A stretch of 63,789 nucleotides of DNA, counting the filler, from Choristocarpus tenellus KU-1152 (Eukaryota; Protista; Phaeophyceae), in NCBI GenBank assembly GCA_964200185.2. It is 13 parts of 13 records of this genome, joined end to end, with 100 filler letters (N's around TTAATTAATTAA, not from the genome) between each part and the next. Parts side by side here need not be neighbours in the genome. Positions count along the whole stretch, not along the records: positions 1 to 2,695 come from CAXNAD020025580.1; positions 2,796 to 5,593 come from CAXNAD020024655.1; positions 5,694 to 10,833 come from CAXNAD020011747.1; positions 10,934 to 20,727 come from CAXNAD020003388.1; 9 more parts are not named here. One strand, written 5' to 3'. Shown one piece after another: positions 1 to 11,233 of the stretch; position 1 is the stretch's first letter, and every line of letters starts with the position of its first letter. The notes under the pieces were generated by a model. That model was not told the DNA's origin, did not search any database, and worked only from the letters and a program-made list of their open reading frames with translations. The position numbers were made by a program, and so were the translations under genes.

Positions 1-72
1 TACATCAAAATTGCAACATTGGATTTTGGCCCCCAAATGGACGCGGCTCTACCCTCTAAGATACTCTGACTC
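1..72 (+). mobile_element. MITE family A, right-end fragment (cut by window start)
   Basis: ccccaaatggacgcggctctaccctctaagatactctgactc matches the right end of the full copy at 775-1032. Confidence 0.85.
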
Positions 73-427
73 AGAATGTCATGTTTACTATATCTTGTTG
101 CAACCCGAAAATATGTATAGCTTCGGCAAGGTTGTGTTGTAGTATTATTTGTCCTGATGAACATGGATGCCTATAAAAAGGGCTGGAAGGAAGTGCTCTA
201 GGAGTACCTTGAATTAGAGTATCGTACACGTATTCCATATAGTACTGCTCGCTTTTTGTAGGCATAAGCAACGATTTGAATCAATGCATGGGTTAGATAG
301 TGATGAAAGGTTAAACTTTGTTTGGTGCTGTATGCTAATAAACGTAGGGAAGATTGTGCATATGTTGGAGTGGGAAAGGACGTTGGAGTGAGAAAGGACG
401 TATTGCATTACTCGGCCTGCAACTTGT

Positions 428-2525
428 CTAGTAAATGCTGGTGAACCCCCCCCTGAAACTGCCCGATCTTTGAACGATCCCTGACCCAGGAAGGCCAGGA
501 GAAGGGGTGGGGCTTTGATCCAGACCTTTTGAGGTCTGTGCCCCTTGCCCTGCACTAGTATTTCTCCACACTAATCACATTTTCATAAAAGGCATGTAGT
601 TTTCAAACTGATTGCCATATTTCAAAGTTATTGGTGGTGAATGACTATTGCTGGTTTGAGGGAGTTCAAGACTCCTGATGCAGGAAATATGTATTGAGGA
701 GTCGATAGGTCACAATTCTATTGGTTTGTTGCTTTCATTGCATGTGACAATAAACCTTTCCAACACGAACACTTGAGTGAAAGTATCTTAGAGGGTACGA
801 TTTTTGCCCTGTTTGTCCATTTGGGGCTTGGCTTCTCACGGGTTTCTAATCACATTTTATTTACTCCAAAATGTTTCGGAGTAGGTAAAATGTATACGCT
901 ACGAAAAGGAGTGTCCGGAACAAGGATATTGACATCTCCTAAAAAACATGATAGCCAAAATAACATCAAATTGCAACATTGGATTTTGGTCCCCAAATGA
1001 ACGCGGCTCTACCCTTTAAGATACTTTGACTCGTTGTTTGACTGAAACGGACGCTCCCTCACAAACCACCCCCCCCCCCCCCAGATACTTTGACCCGCAG
1101 NNNNNNNNNNGCAACATTGGATTTTGGTCCCCAAATGGACGCGGCTCTACCCTCTAAGATACTTTGACTCACAGAAGAGTTCTTCTGTAGAAAATAATGG
1201 ATTCCTCCTACACCTTTACATAAGAGTTACACAACAAATTATTCATCCTATCTTAGAGAGGGAATGTCGTCTAGCATTTGGGGACCGTAATGACTCCCTT
1301 CTACTGTACATGTACTTCTAGCACTCTGAAGGGCAATTTCATGCTTATGTGGAAAAATACATGTCATGTCTTCTACAGTCACATCCTCCTAACGGGGGGT
1401 TGGCTGCATTGCAGTCATGGGAATGGGGGTTCAGGCAAAGGGTTAACACTCCCTAAATACTCATAGGGCCTAAAAAGGTCCCCGCAAAAGCTATAATTGC
1501 TCAAATGCGAAGGTGTCAATCCATAATCACAAGACCAAATGCTGAAGATCACAAGACCCATGCCATTGAAGGTGGGCAATCACAAGACAAGTAATTGGAA
1601 GAGACAAGAGAGCTCACTACATTGCTGTGGAGAGTCTACATACTATGTTTCCCAACAGAGAAGGCGTAATTCCCATCATCACATACCCATTGCCCTTCGC
1701 AGCAGATGACTGCGGGGATAATAGAGCTTGACCAGCCCCCTTTCCAATCCTTGTCATAACCTTTACTGTCATGATAGTTGCCCTGAATTTTCGGCAAGCA
1801 TTATAGGCCTTCATTGACTTCTTGAAGGTTTTGAGATCATGGTCACCGGTCTCAGTCTGACCTTGTCCTATCCATTTGTGCTTTAGAACCTGAAAACCAG
1901 GCCACATTTATGGTGGCACAAGCGAGGAGATAGAGGGCCTCATTATTCGTTGAATATGTCTCCTGATACCATATTACCTTACCATATTACTGTCAGTACC
2001 TTACACATTTGTTTTCATGAACATGTGGAAAATGGAAGAAAGACTAGCTGTCAAGTTGGCAGCACCAGTGACGGTTAAATGTTCTTGGTTGCGTCTAGTG
2101 ACTGTATACAAGTGCATGCTAGGCATGGGAACATAATGATGATAATGAGAAGAAGCCGTGGCAATAAATATGGTTCAGAAGAGAAGGCAGGGAATATTGC
2201 AGAGCAAATGTATCCAAATGGCTGAGTGGGGCATAGCAATAGAAATATTGCTTTATTGGAGTAAATACTGAATTTCAATGTAAGTTACGTTATAATCATT
2301 GTTACTACCAGTCTTGGCCATCTCCACCGCAAGTTGATTGCCCCAATCCCCCTGCTAGGCCACACAAAAAAAACCTGTAGCACTACCAACCTGGGTGGTG
2401 GTTAATCGCTTTTGAGGGTCGAGAACCAAGAGATTGTCCACAAAGTCTTTAGCTTCGCTGCTGACATCATCCCAGAATGGACTTGGGTATTCGTATTTTC
2501 CTGACTTGATCAGCTTGAAGAGGTT
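428..2525 (-). CDS. CAMK-family (CaMKI-like) Ser/Thr protein kinase, 3' exons (partial gene)
   Basis: Exon 2525-2391 (tgtag|...CAG|gttggt) = NLFKLIKSGKYEYPSPFWDDVSSEAKDFVDNLLVLDPQKRLTTTQ, kinase subdomains X-XI. Exon 1889-~1687 (ttttcag|...GG|gtatgt) = VLKHKWI...KSMKAYNACRKFRATIMTVK, resembling the CaMK autoinhibitory/CaM-binding segment (FNARRKLKGAI-like). Tentative last exon 549-428 (..GGFTSIY*) is phase-compatible but weakly supported. Confidence 0.85.
775..1032 (+). mobile_element. MITE family A, full-length 258-bp non-autonomous TIR element
   Basis: TIRs GAGTGAAAGTATCTTAGAGGGTA ... TACCCTTTAAGATACTTTGACTC. Inverted subterminal GTCCATTTGGGG motif. No coding capacity. About 12 copies or fragments in the window. 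Confidence 0.9.
1066..1170 (+). mobile_element. MITE B end (to 1096) and MITE A right end (1111-1170) flanking a 10-N gap
   Basis: poly-C-CAGATACTTTGACCC, then gcaacattgg...ctaagatactttgactc. Confidence 0.75.
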
Positions 2526-2621
2526 CTACAGGAAAAATTTCGGGAGTACACAGTGCTTAGGGATTTATTAGGGGCAGGTGTTACGGGATTTATTTCCGTT
2601 GCTGTCAATGTACCTTGTTGT

Positions 2622-2695
2622 CGGTGAAAGTTATCTTAGAGGGTTACTTACAAGTCTTGGCCTGTTTGTCCGTTCGGGGCTTGACTTCCCGTGTT
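2622..2695 (+). mobile_element. MITE family A, left-end fragment at contig end
   Basis: gtgaaagttatcttagagggt...gtttgtccgttcggggcttgacttccc, homologous to 775-840. Confidence 0.75.
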
Positions 2696-2795
2696 NNNNN
2701 NNNNNNNNNNNNNNNNNNNNNNNNNNNNNNNNNNNNNNNTTAATTAATTAANNNNNNNNNNNNNNNNNNNNNNNNNNNNNNNNNNNNNNNNNNNN
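2696..2795. other. Artificial contig-joining linker (N44-TTAATTAATTAA-N44)
   Basis: The same 100-nt linker, with stops in all six frames, recurs at 5594-5693, 10834-10933, 20728-20827, 24729-24828, 28615-28714, 32906-33005, 36758-36857, 39972-40071, 44841-44940, 57803-57902 and 61144-61243. Not biological. Confidence 0.97.
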
Positions 2796-2819
2796 ACCCC
2801 CTCCCAGATACTTTGAGCC

Positions 2820-3770
2820 ATTACTTGACGAAAGTATAGGGTTTTGACGGGAAAAAAGCTTCCCCACCCTTTCTTCCTGTGTGTTCGCGCACCCCCTCTT
2901 GACCTCGGCAAGGATGTCCTCGTCGAGGCCCAGAACGAAATGCTTCTCGTCGCGCCCTGCTCTGGCACCTTGATGTGACCCTTACTTAGGGAGTCTCTCT
3001 CCCATTCACTCACAGTTTCCTACCTGACCATCGCATATCTTGCTGCCATCTCGAGCACTGTTTGACGGTCTTTCCCGTCGTTCATACACAGGTATAGGAT
3101 TCGCAGTGTTAGACCCTTTACTATCACATTTCCTTGTTGAGCGCCGGAAATGGGTTACCTTCTTTCTTGCTTCAGAGCCCTTGCAGCCCAACCTTAACAC
3201 CTTTTTTCGCATTTCTTAAGCCACTCTGGCTCACATGGCTTCCAAACAGATAGGGCCTGCTGCAACTGTCAACTACTAATATACTCTGCACCCGGGTTTT
3301 CGCTTTGAGGCGTTTCCTGAGCGCAATGGGATGCAGTCGCACTGCTCTCCTCCTCAACCTTCCCTTCGGGCGGTCACTCTGGTTCTCCCTTCACCCACCG
3401 TGATCAGGATTCCTCACAGACTTCATCACTGCACCACACCTGGTGATGGACTCGCCGCTCTCTTCCTGCTCTCCTGAGGTAGCAGAGACTGCAGAGCAGT
3501 GCTCCAACGTGGTTGAAGATCCAACCACGTTTGTGTGGTAATGCTTTCCATCCATCTTCTCTCAGCGTTAGTGTCGCTGCTGCATGGTCAATTGCGCGAT
3601 TTGATTGCTGCACCACAGTACACGCACGCACTTTCTCGTCACCTAACATCGCACTGAGTTTCACACGGTACTTGTTTGTTAGTCACCTCTCGACAAAGAA
3701 GGGCCGAGGGTAGATCCAGGGGGGCAGAGTAGCCTCGGCAGCTCTCCTTTTCTCACCGTTGCGGTTCATA
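2820..3770 (-). pseudogene. Degenerate coding-like region, possibly a retrotransposon gag relic
   Basis: Intronless, stop- and frameshift-riddled frames, including KHFVLGLDEDILAEVKR (loosely like gag capsid 'FxxGL'). No firm motif. Confidence 0.25.
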
Positions 3771-3979
3771 TTGTGTGGGTCACCTGTGTGTGTGTTCACA
3801 GAAAGTCTGCAAAATGTGTTAAAAAGATGTCTGGAAATCTTGTTTTTTTTTTCGGTATGGTCACACGCACCATAATTTGACAGGGGCCTATCCCGAACCA
3901 GGTTTATGCAGGGAATTCAGCCAACCACTTCATTTTTGTATCTTTGGAGGTTGTGACCATGATAATTGCGGCGGAGTTA

Positions 3980-4160
3980 GACCCAAAGTATCTGGGGGGG
4001 TGGGGGGGATCTACACGAGGTTGTCCATTTGAACCAAAATCGGGAAAGGTGCATTCACATTATCCATCGGACGTATGGCAGCTGAATCACCCAAAAATCG
4101 TGATATGTAAAAATTGACCCCAAATGGACAGCCGCCACCCCCTCCGAGATACTTTGAGCC
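3980..4160 (-). mobile_element. MITE family B, full-length ~180 bp
   Basis: GACCCAAAGTATCTGGGGGGG ... CCCCTCCGAGATACTTTGAGCC, flanked by TTA/TTA. Homologous to 29371-29545 and 53640-53822. Further ends at 2796-2819, 5511-5593, 5694-5735, 24829-24867, 28595-28614, 57903-57948, 61244-61263 and 63765-63789. Confidence 0.9.
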
Positions 4161-5061
4161 TTATTCCCCCGCGTTTTGTCTCTTTGTTCGGGACATAGTT
4201 CCCGTTCGCTGGAGTTAGCACATTCCTGCATACAAATCTTGGCATAATAAGCGTTCAACTGATACGTATATTGTTGCATACTGTGGCAAGACAGTGAAAA
4301 AGCAAAATTGCCACAGACCGCGAAGCTATTAGTGGTACCACTTTATAAAATATCTTTAATTTACTATATTTTTTATTATATTCTAATATCCCAATCCATC
4401 ACTAATCTACCGTTCTAAATTACAAACATTATATTGTACATGATTACTACTTTCATCAAAATAATAGCAACATTTTTTTTTTATGCGCTCTGACATTTTG
4501 GAGATGTGTCAGGGCAAAAAAATTAGTGTACAGTACTTCAAACCATCTCCTTATTATGTGAACAAATCTGTCTATTTTTGGCTAAAACGCCAGAAAGTCG
4601 AACCAATATCCAGGTGGGAACTTCAACGGGGGGGGGGTCCACCAGAAGATTTGTTACAGGATGCTCGTGTTATATTTTATTATTTCGTGTTTCTATGCTT
4701 ATTGTCAAATTTTGCGTCCTTTACGTAAAAGTAACTCAATTTGTGTACAGACTTGTGTCACATTTTGAAACACGATCTTTTAAATCCAGGGTGATTCATT
4801 GAAATCCAAAGTGATACCCTCTACTAATTCAATTCTGTTCTACAGGAGGCAAGAAAATTGGGAAATTTATGTGAGGGTTAGGGTTAGGGTTATAGTAATA
4901 AGTAAGTCTATTTGTAGAGAGGAGGAGGGATGCATCAGTTGGGTGACACAAATATCACAACTATGTGGGTCGAGTGATGACTGTGAAAAATAAGAAAATG
5001 CTCTAATTCTCTTTCCCAGCAATGAATAAAATGTTGCAACATAGGAAATGGATGTAGTAGC

Positions 5062-5133
5062 GCGCGTATGGTGCAGTGGTAGCATACCACATTTGGGTTG
5101 TGGTGGTCGAGGGTTCGAACCCCTCTACGCGCC
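5062..5133 (+). tRNA. tRNA-Pro (anticodon TGG)
   Basis: Complete cloverleaf: acceptor GCGCGTA/TACGCGC, D arm GTGC-AGTGGTA-GCAT, anticodon arm CCACA-TTTGGGT-TGTGG, variable TGGTC, T arm GAGGG-TTCGAAC-CCCTC, discriminator C. T-run at 5138-5141. Confidence 0.9.
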
Positions 5134-5792
5134 TTACTTTTACGTCCCGTGAAAACATTGGTTTCTCTGAAATCTTGGAGTTCGAAGCCAATCGAAGAAA
5201 AAATTCTTGAAGGTCGTCATGGTTTATAGTTCTTTGAAGGTGGGCGAGGGCGACTACTACCTCATGAATTTTGAATTAACGCGTTTGAACCCCTTCGACA
5301 CCCGAGATATCTTTTCACGGAAATCTTGTTTCGATTATGCTATTCCACTTCACAAGTAAATGGATTGTACAACTGTACTACATACAAGTATAGTATCCTC
5401 TATGTCAATATACCTAAAAAACGCCTGGCCAAGTCTGGATCCATGTGCATTCTAAGCCATCTTCTCACCCTGTGTTATACATTGTATTTCATTGCTTTAT
5501 GTGTACAATTGACTCAAAGTACCTGGGGGGGGTGGGGGGGCTACACCACAGTACAGTGTCCATTCAGGCCCTGACCAGGAAAAGTGCGCTTATNNNNNNN
5601 NNNNNNNNNNNNNNNNNNNNNNNNNNNNNNNNNNNNNTTAATTAATTAANNNNNNNNNNNNNNNNNNNNNNNNNNNNNNNNNNNNNNNNNNNNCATTGCA
5701 ACCCCCCCCCTCCCCCCCCCAGATACTTTGAACCCATCCATCCATCCATTCACACCTCTTTGTGCATCTCAAACCCTTTCTCCTTCCCCCAG

Positions 5793-5963
5793 ACCCTTCG
5801 TGATGGTCTCATTATGATCTTCTGCACTGGCTACTCCTTTGGCTGCCTGGTGGCAACAATCCTCAACCTCATTATTCCAGCAGAGACTGAAGAGGAGGAT
5901 GCCAAGTCAGATGGGCACCTCAGGGGTGAAGATGACCCTGCAGCTATTGACGCGGTGGCTTGA
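5793..5963 (+). CDS. NCS2/NAT family xanthine-uracil (UapA-like) permease, terminal exon
   Basis: Polypyrimidine acceptor ccttcccccag|. TLRDGLIMIFCTGYSFGCLVATILNLIIPAE...* matches the last TM helix of NCS2 permeases (cf. UapA ETGFAVTAFVAMLLNAIMPAE). Confidence 0.75.
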   Translation, partial: TLRDGLIMIFCTGYSFGCLVATILNLIIPAETEEEDAKSDGHLRGEDDPAAIDAVA

Positions 5964-6672
5964 GTCACTGCTCTGTATTGATCACTTGACTTATGCTGTA
6001 TTGAACAAAAGATACTATTTTCATAGGTGGACGCTGACTTTATCTGCAAGAGGAATATTTGCTAGTCAACATTTATCCATGTCAAAACACTTGTGAAACT
6101 CCCTCAAGGAATTTACGGGAAAGCTGTGTGATATAGTGTCTGTGTTTTCTATTCAGTGCGGTAAGGTTGTGAACAGTGATGTGAAGTTATCACAGTGATT
6201 CAATTGACTTTAAATGTGTTCAACAATAGAGAGGTTGGATTCAGTTGGTTGTTATTTTTGTGCGCATGGTGCTTGCGTGTTTTGAGTTTAGAGTGCAGTG
6301 AAAATTCATGAGTCGATTTAATTTATTTCCATCAATTACTGGATTCACAAAACCAGTCATCATGGCATTGTGACCTAGGGTGCAACCATTGTACAATGTT
6401 ATTGATTATGCTGTTCTTGTATTTGTTGTTGGTTGATGTTTCTGATTTTTTGCGCATTTCTTTGAAAAGCCTGTAAAATACTATCTGGGCAGCATCCTAG
6501 AAAAATTAGCGACTCTTTTATCGCATGTCTTTGGTCACATTTTAGTCAAACGCCGTGCTATTTTCAGAAAATAATTGGATATTTTGTAGTGCAACTTGTA
6601 GAGATTTGTGCTTCGAATTATGCTAATGATGTTGAGGTTATCATGGTTGCAGGCAATACAAAATAGGTTGAT

Positions 6673-6930
6673 GAGCCAAAGTATCTTAGAGGGTGAAGGC
6701 GCGTCCATTTGGGGGCCAAAATCCAATGTTGCGATTTTGATGTAATTTTGGCTGTTGTGTTTGTTAGGAAGTGTCAATATCCTTGTTCGGACACACCTTT
6801 TCATGACATACACATTTCACCTACTCTGAAACATTTTGTAGTAGGAAAATGCCATAAGAAAAAACTGGGAAAGCCAAGCCCCAAACGGATAAACAGGGCA
6901 AAACTCGAACCCTCTAAGATACTTTTACTC
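6673..6930 (-). mobile_element. MITE family A, full-length
   Basis: GAGCCAAAGTATCTTAGAGGG ... CCCTCTAAGATACTTTTACTC, flanked by 4-bp TGAT/TGAT. Confidence 0.9.
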
Positions 6931-8702
6931 TGATGGTAGGAAAATCTACCTTGTGATGTAGATTTTACTGTTTTACTTTTTTGTGCAAGGAGGGACACAA
7001 TAGTTGCGTAACTCTTCCTGCCAAGATCTAACGACCATTTGTGTTAATTTATGCGTGATAAACATCTTCTTAATACTCTTCCGCCTAATATTCTGCTTCC
7101 TTACCACAAGTCACTCTGCATGACAGCTCCTTGATTGTGGGGTAAGATGAGAGGTAAAGCGTTCCATATTCTACTTTTAGAGACAAAGGTGATCCTGTAC
7201 AACCATTTCAGAACATATGTAGATTTTCTCGGTGATTTGAGTGGAGACCCTACTTTCACTGTTGTTTATAGAAGGATTGAAGACCCTACTCTCACTGCGA
7301 GAAGCACCAAACAATACTCTTTATATGCGAATACCTCAAGGGAAGGGCCTATTAACAATGTGTCACAAGGAGAAGGGCTATGGCCTCACGCATTGTTACT
7401 ATGACATAAATGTTTAAAAACAAACTATTCCCAAATGTTTGATACGGTCTGACCCACACATACTTCGTATGTGATGATGAAGCTGAAACAATTCCATTGG
7501 GAGAAGTTTGCTCTATGTTTGCACTTCCCAGTTGTGGCTACATTGAAGTGAGCCACCCTCATTTCTTCTGCTTAGAGCTTAACCCAGTTTGGCGTGTGTG
7601 CTTTGTTTTCATGCAGTACAATGCTATTAGTGTAGTAACGGTTCTGCTTGCCACCAAGTAACCTTTTTTCTCATGACAACGAAGCTATTTCCAGAAGTGA
7701 TATTTTGAGTGTTTAAATTTCGCTCAAGAGACAGGAAAGACAAGATGTGCAGGATATGAATTGACGCTATGCCTTACAAGAACAAACGTCCGTTGGCACA
7801 TACCAAACCCTGCAGTCCTAGTAGTGTTGATAGTTACTATTAATAACATAAATCATACATGTTATTGTGCCGTCCGACATCTTTAATTTAGTATGGTTAG
7901 GTCTGAAGAATTCAACTGAATTACTGACAGCTCAACCACAGTAATTGATCTATGTTGGCTTATAAAATCTCCACCCCACGTTGGGGCTTACAGGTCTGTT
8001 AATTGTTTAAGGAGTGAGCATAGGTTCTCTCAGGGATCATATGCTTCAAACACCAAATAATTCAAACTCCTTAGGCTATGTTAAGAAAACTCTCCATGCT
8101 GTGTCTACAAGGGGGGGGATCCAGGGCAGAATAGTGCGGGTAATGAGGTGATGGGTATATGCATATGATTAATTTGTATGCCACAAATGTCTCCAACAGT
8201 TTCGACTTGAACCAGGGGTTGGAAATGGGTGTGTTTAGATTGAGAAGGGGATATATAGACGTTATGCTACATTGCTCTATCTAGCCCAAAAAAGGGCGGG
8301 GAAGGGAAAGAGGAATAGTGGTGGTAGGGTCAATGAACATGTTGATAAAAGTAAAGAATGGGGTAATAATGGATTAGGAAGAGTTCGAATGTTTAAGCTT
8401 GGCCCCTGAGCCATCTAAGAGTAATACGTACCTTGCTTGATGATCCCAGACATCTCACTGGCAATTCTGACTTGTCCAGATGAATACATGTACGCCACAC
8501 ATCTCAGTCGTTGTGTCAGCGTAACCCATCCAGACTAGCCACTAATAGATGATGCAATGTGTTCGTCTTGATCGTCCATGAACGGTGTTTAAGCAATGGA
8601 TTGATCCCTGATTAGGGGTGGGACTGCGGACTCGAGCACACAGGCATGGCATGGACATCTAGTTGAGGTGTGATATTCAAGAGTCTTCAAAGGTAGGATA
8701 AG

Positions 8703-9402
8703 TCTAAGAACTAACATTTCTAGAACGAAAAGGGGGGGGGGAAGGAGAGACTTTGGGTACTGCTAATCAAACCAGCCCAAACCTTTCCAAGCGCTTAGTA
8801 CTACAGTTCCTAGCTCATGCCATGTAGCAAAAAATAATAACAAATATAATAACGAGTAATATAGATGTGAGGAATGGCGTACGTCACATCCGGGAAGACA
8901 ACAATTAAAATAAAGGGAGAGTCCAGGGTCAGAAATACAAAAAGTGTGATGGTAGCCAAGATATGGGGTACAATGTTTGCGAAGGCATAGACTGGAATGA
9001 TAAGACCCGATAACGAGTACAAGGGATATTGTGTGGGTGCAATATACCCATTACCCAAAGACATCTAAGAACTTATATTCCTAGAACGAAAAGGGTGGGG
9101 GAGGAGAGACTTCGGGTACTGCTACTCAAACCAGCTCAAACCTGTCCAGGCACTTAGTACGTCGGTTTCTAACTCATGCCATCAAGCAATAAATAGTAAC
9201 AATAAGAATCATGAGTAATACAGATGTGAAGGATGGTGTACGTCAAAATAAGGGAAAATCCAGGACCAGAAATACAATGAGTGTGTCTGTAGTCAGGAAC
9301 TGAGATATAACTTCTATGGAAGCATAGCCTCGAGTGATAGAACCCAATAATGAGTGCAAGGGATATTATGAGGGTGCCATATACCCAGAACCCAAGGATA
9401 TC
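8703..9402. repeat. Diverged ~360-bp tandem duplication within a decayed repeat region
   Basis: Units start tctaagaact...ctagaacgaaaaggg at 8703 and 9064 and stay colinear to ccca(a/g)ga(c/t)atc. Confidence 0.8.
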
Positions 9403-11233
9403 ATACTGGAGACTAGCTAGTTTGGACGATTTGATGTATTATTCTAAATATATATACTCCATATTAAGAATACTGTGGGGGTCATAGGTCCCACAAGTCT
9501 ACCCTGGGCTTTATTTTTGGTGGCTGGCGTACCCTTTTGGATCATACCAGGAAGGGAGTGGCTGGGTAGACTAGCGGGAAAAGGGGTCAGAAGGGATAGA
9601 CATAGAGCAAGGGATAGAGTTTCAGGGTAAAGAAAAAGGGAGTCAAGTCTGATGGTGAAGTATGGAGTTTAGAGGGTGTACGAAAGGGTTTGACTATTGA
9701 TGATATGACACAGCTCAAGAGAGGGAGGGAGTTGTTCGTAGAAGAAATCCTCAGGTCACATGAGCGCACATTTCAAACCAACTAAATCCCAATGCTCAAA
9801 GGAACAATCCTTGGACAAGGAAAGGACAGTCGAGGAGTTGGGCGAGCCGAAGAAAGAAAGTGTACAAGAAGATCGAAGACATCTATGCATGATAAGTACT
9901 AGAAAGCGATTGGGAAGAAGGGGGGGTGATATGGAATGAATTTAAAGTGTTTGCTTAACTATAGTTCTAGGAAGTAAGATGTATACATTAGAGTAGGGGA
10001 TATGTGTCTATATCAGGGTTAGGGCAGGAAAGGGGTGAAGCATACATATAAATCATAATACTCTACAAATAATGCCTTGACCGACCAACAGTCCAGACAC
10101 CTCCAATTCCTATACTCGAGAGAGTACTTGGGAGGAGTGAGTCGAGTGTGGAAAAAAAAAGAGAACTTGGCTATTGTATTGAACCCAGGAGTTAGTAGAG
10201 ACAAGTGAAGATAGGGGTAGGTTGTATGTGACCCCGGTTGGGAAGGACAGGCAACCGAGATGGTATAGAAAGCAACAGGATTAACAACAGGCAGATTTAA
10301 GGTTTAAGGGCTCCAATGTTCCCACAAACAAGTTATCAAGACCTTCCATCCGCCTACACACTTCCAAAGTTCTTTCACCTGTGCCAAAACCATCACAAGG
10401 GATCATGCAGAGGTTGGGAAACAGCCTTGTACAGTGGAATAGCAAGAGAAATCAAGATGAGATCATAGGAGTATGGATAGTACTTGGCCAGGATCTGGGG
10501 AGCATTGAGAAGGGAGTCGCGTTGAGAGAACATAAGGTTGAAAGGCAAAGGGGAAAAGAGAGCAAGGTGGAGGCTTTGAAGTTGCAGTAGCAATTGCAGA
10601 ATGCTCGCCAGAGCTCCCACCCGATGCCCTGCTAATGACATAAAGGGATGGTGGGAAGTGGAAGGTGATCATGCGAGGCCAAGTAACATTTGTCCTGGGA
10701 GGGATAACCAAGGATTTCAAGTGGAGACTGGAAGAGTACACTCTACCCTTGGGCAGGATAGGGGGAGTCACGAGAATGGCAACAATGGGGGTATCAGGTA
10801 TAGTAATACAAAGGGAAGGGAGATAGAGGTTTGNNNNNNNNNNNNNNNNNNNNNNNNNNNNNNNNNNNNNNNNNNNNTTAATTAATTAANNNNNNNNNNN
10901 NNNNNNNNNNNNNNNNNNNNNNNNNNNNNNNNNACCTCAGAACAAAAGTACAGATGCCCACCAATTCCAACCAAATGACAAACACCAGCCCTCCATACCC
11001 CCCCCCCCCCCTCCCCCCCCAAAAAACAATGCAAGTTGTTCCTCAGGAAGCCAACAAACATTTCTCAATCCCAGGAAGATCTAGCTCCACCCTCACCCCC
11101 CTACCCCCAACTTCTCCAGCAAGTCATCACAAGAACTAGACAACTGAATCTTCAAAAATACACAAATTCAAGAAAAGGTATCCATAGCAACACAAAGGGG
11201 GGTATAGTGAGTACAGGAAACTGGCAGTCTCAC

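Noticed and set aside
773-1000. Family of similar short ORFs (also 6535-6813, 24536-24727, 31259-31513) as a peptide gene family
   Set aside because: All are translations of MITE A copies with inconsistent starts and stops.
7730-7810. SWIM zinc-finger / MULE transposase relic on the minus strand (CSCKA*RQF..P.HIL)
   Set aside because: It needs a stop and frameshifts within 25 codons and is too short to support.
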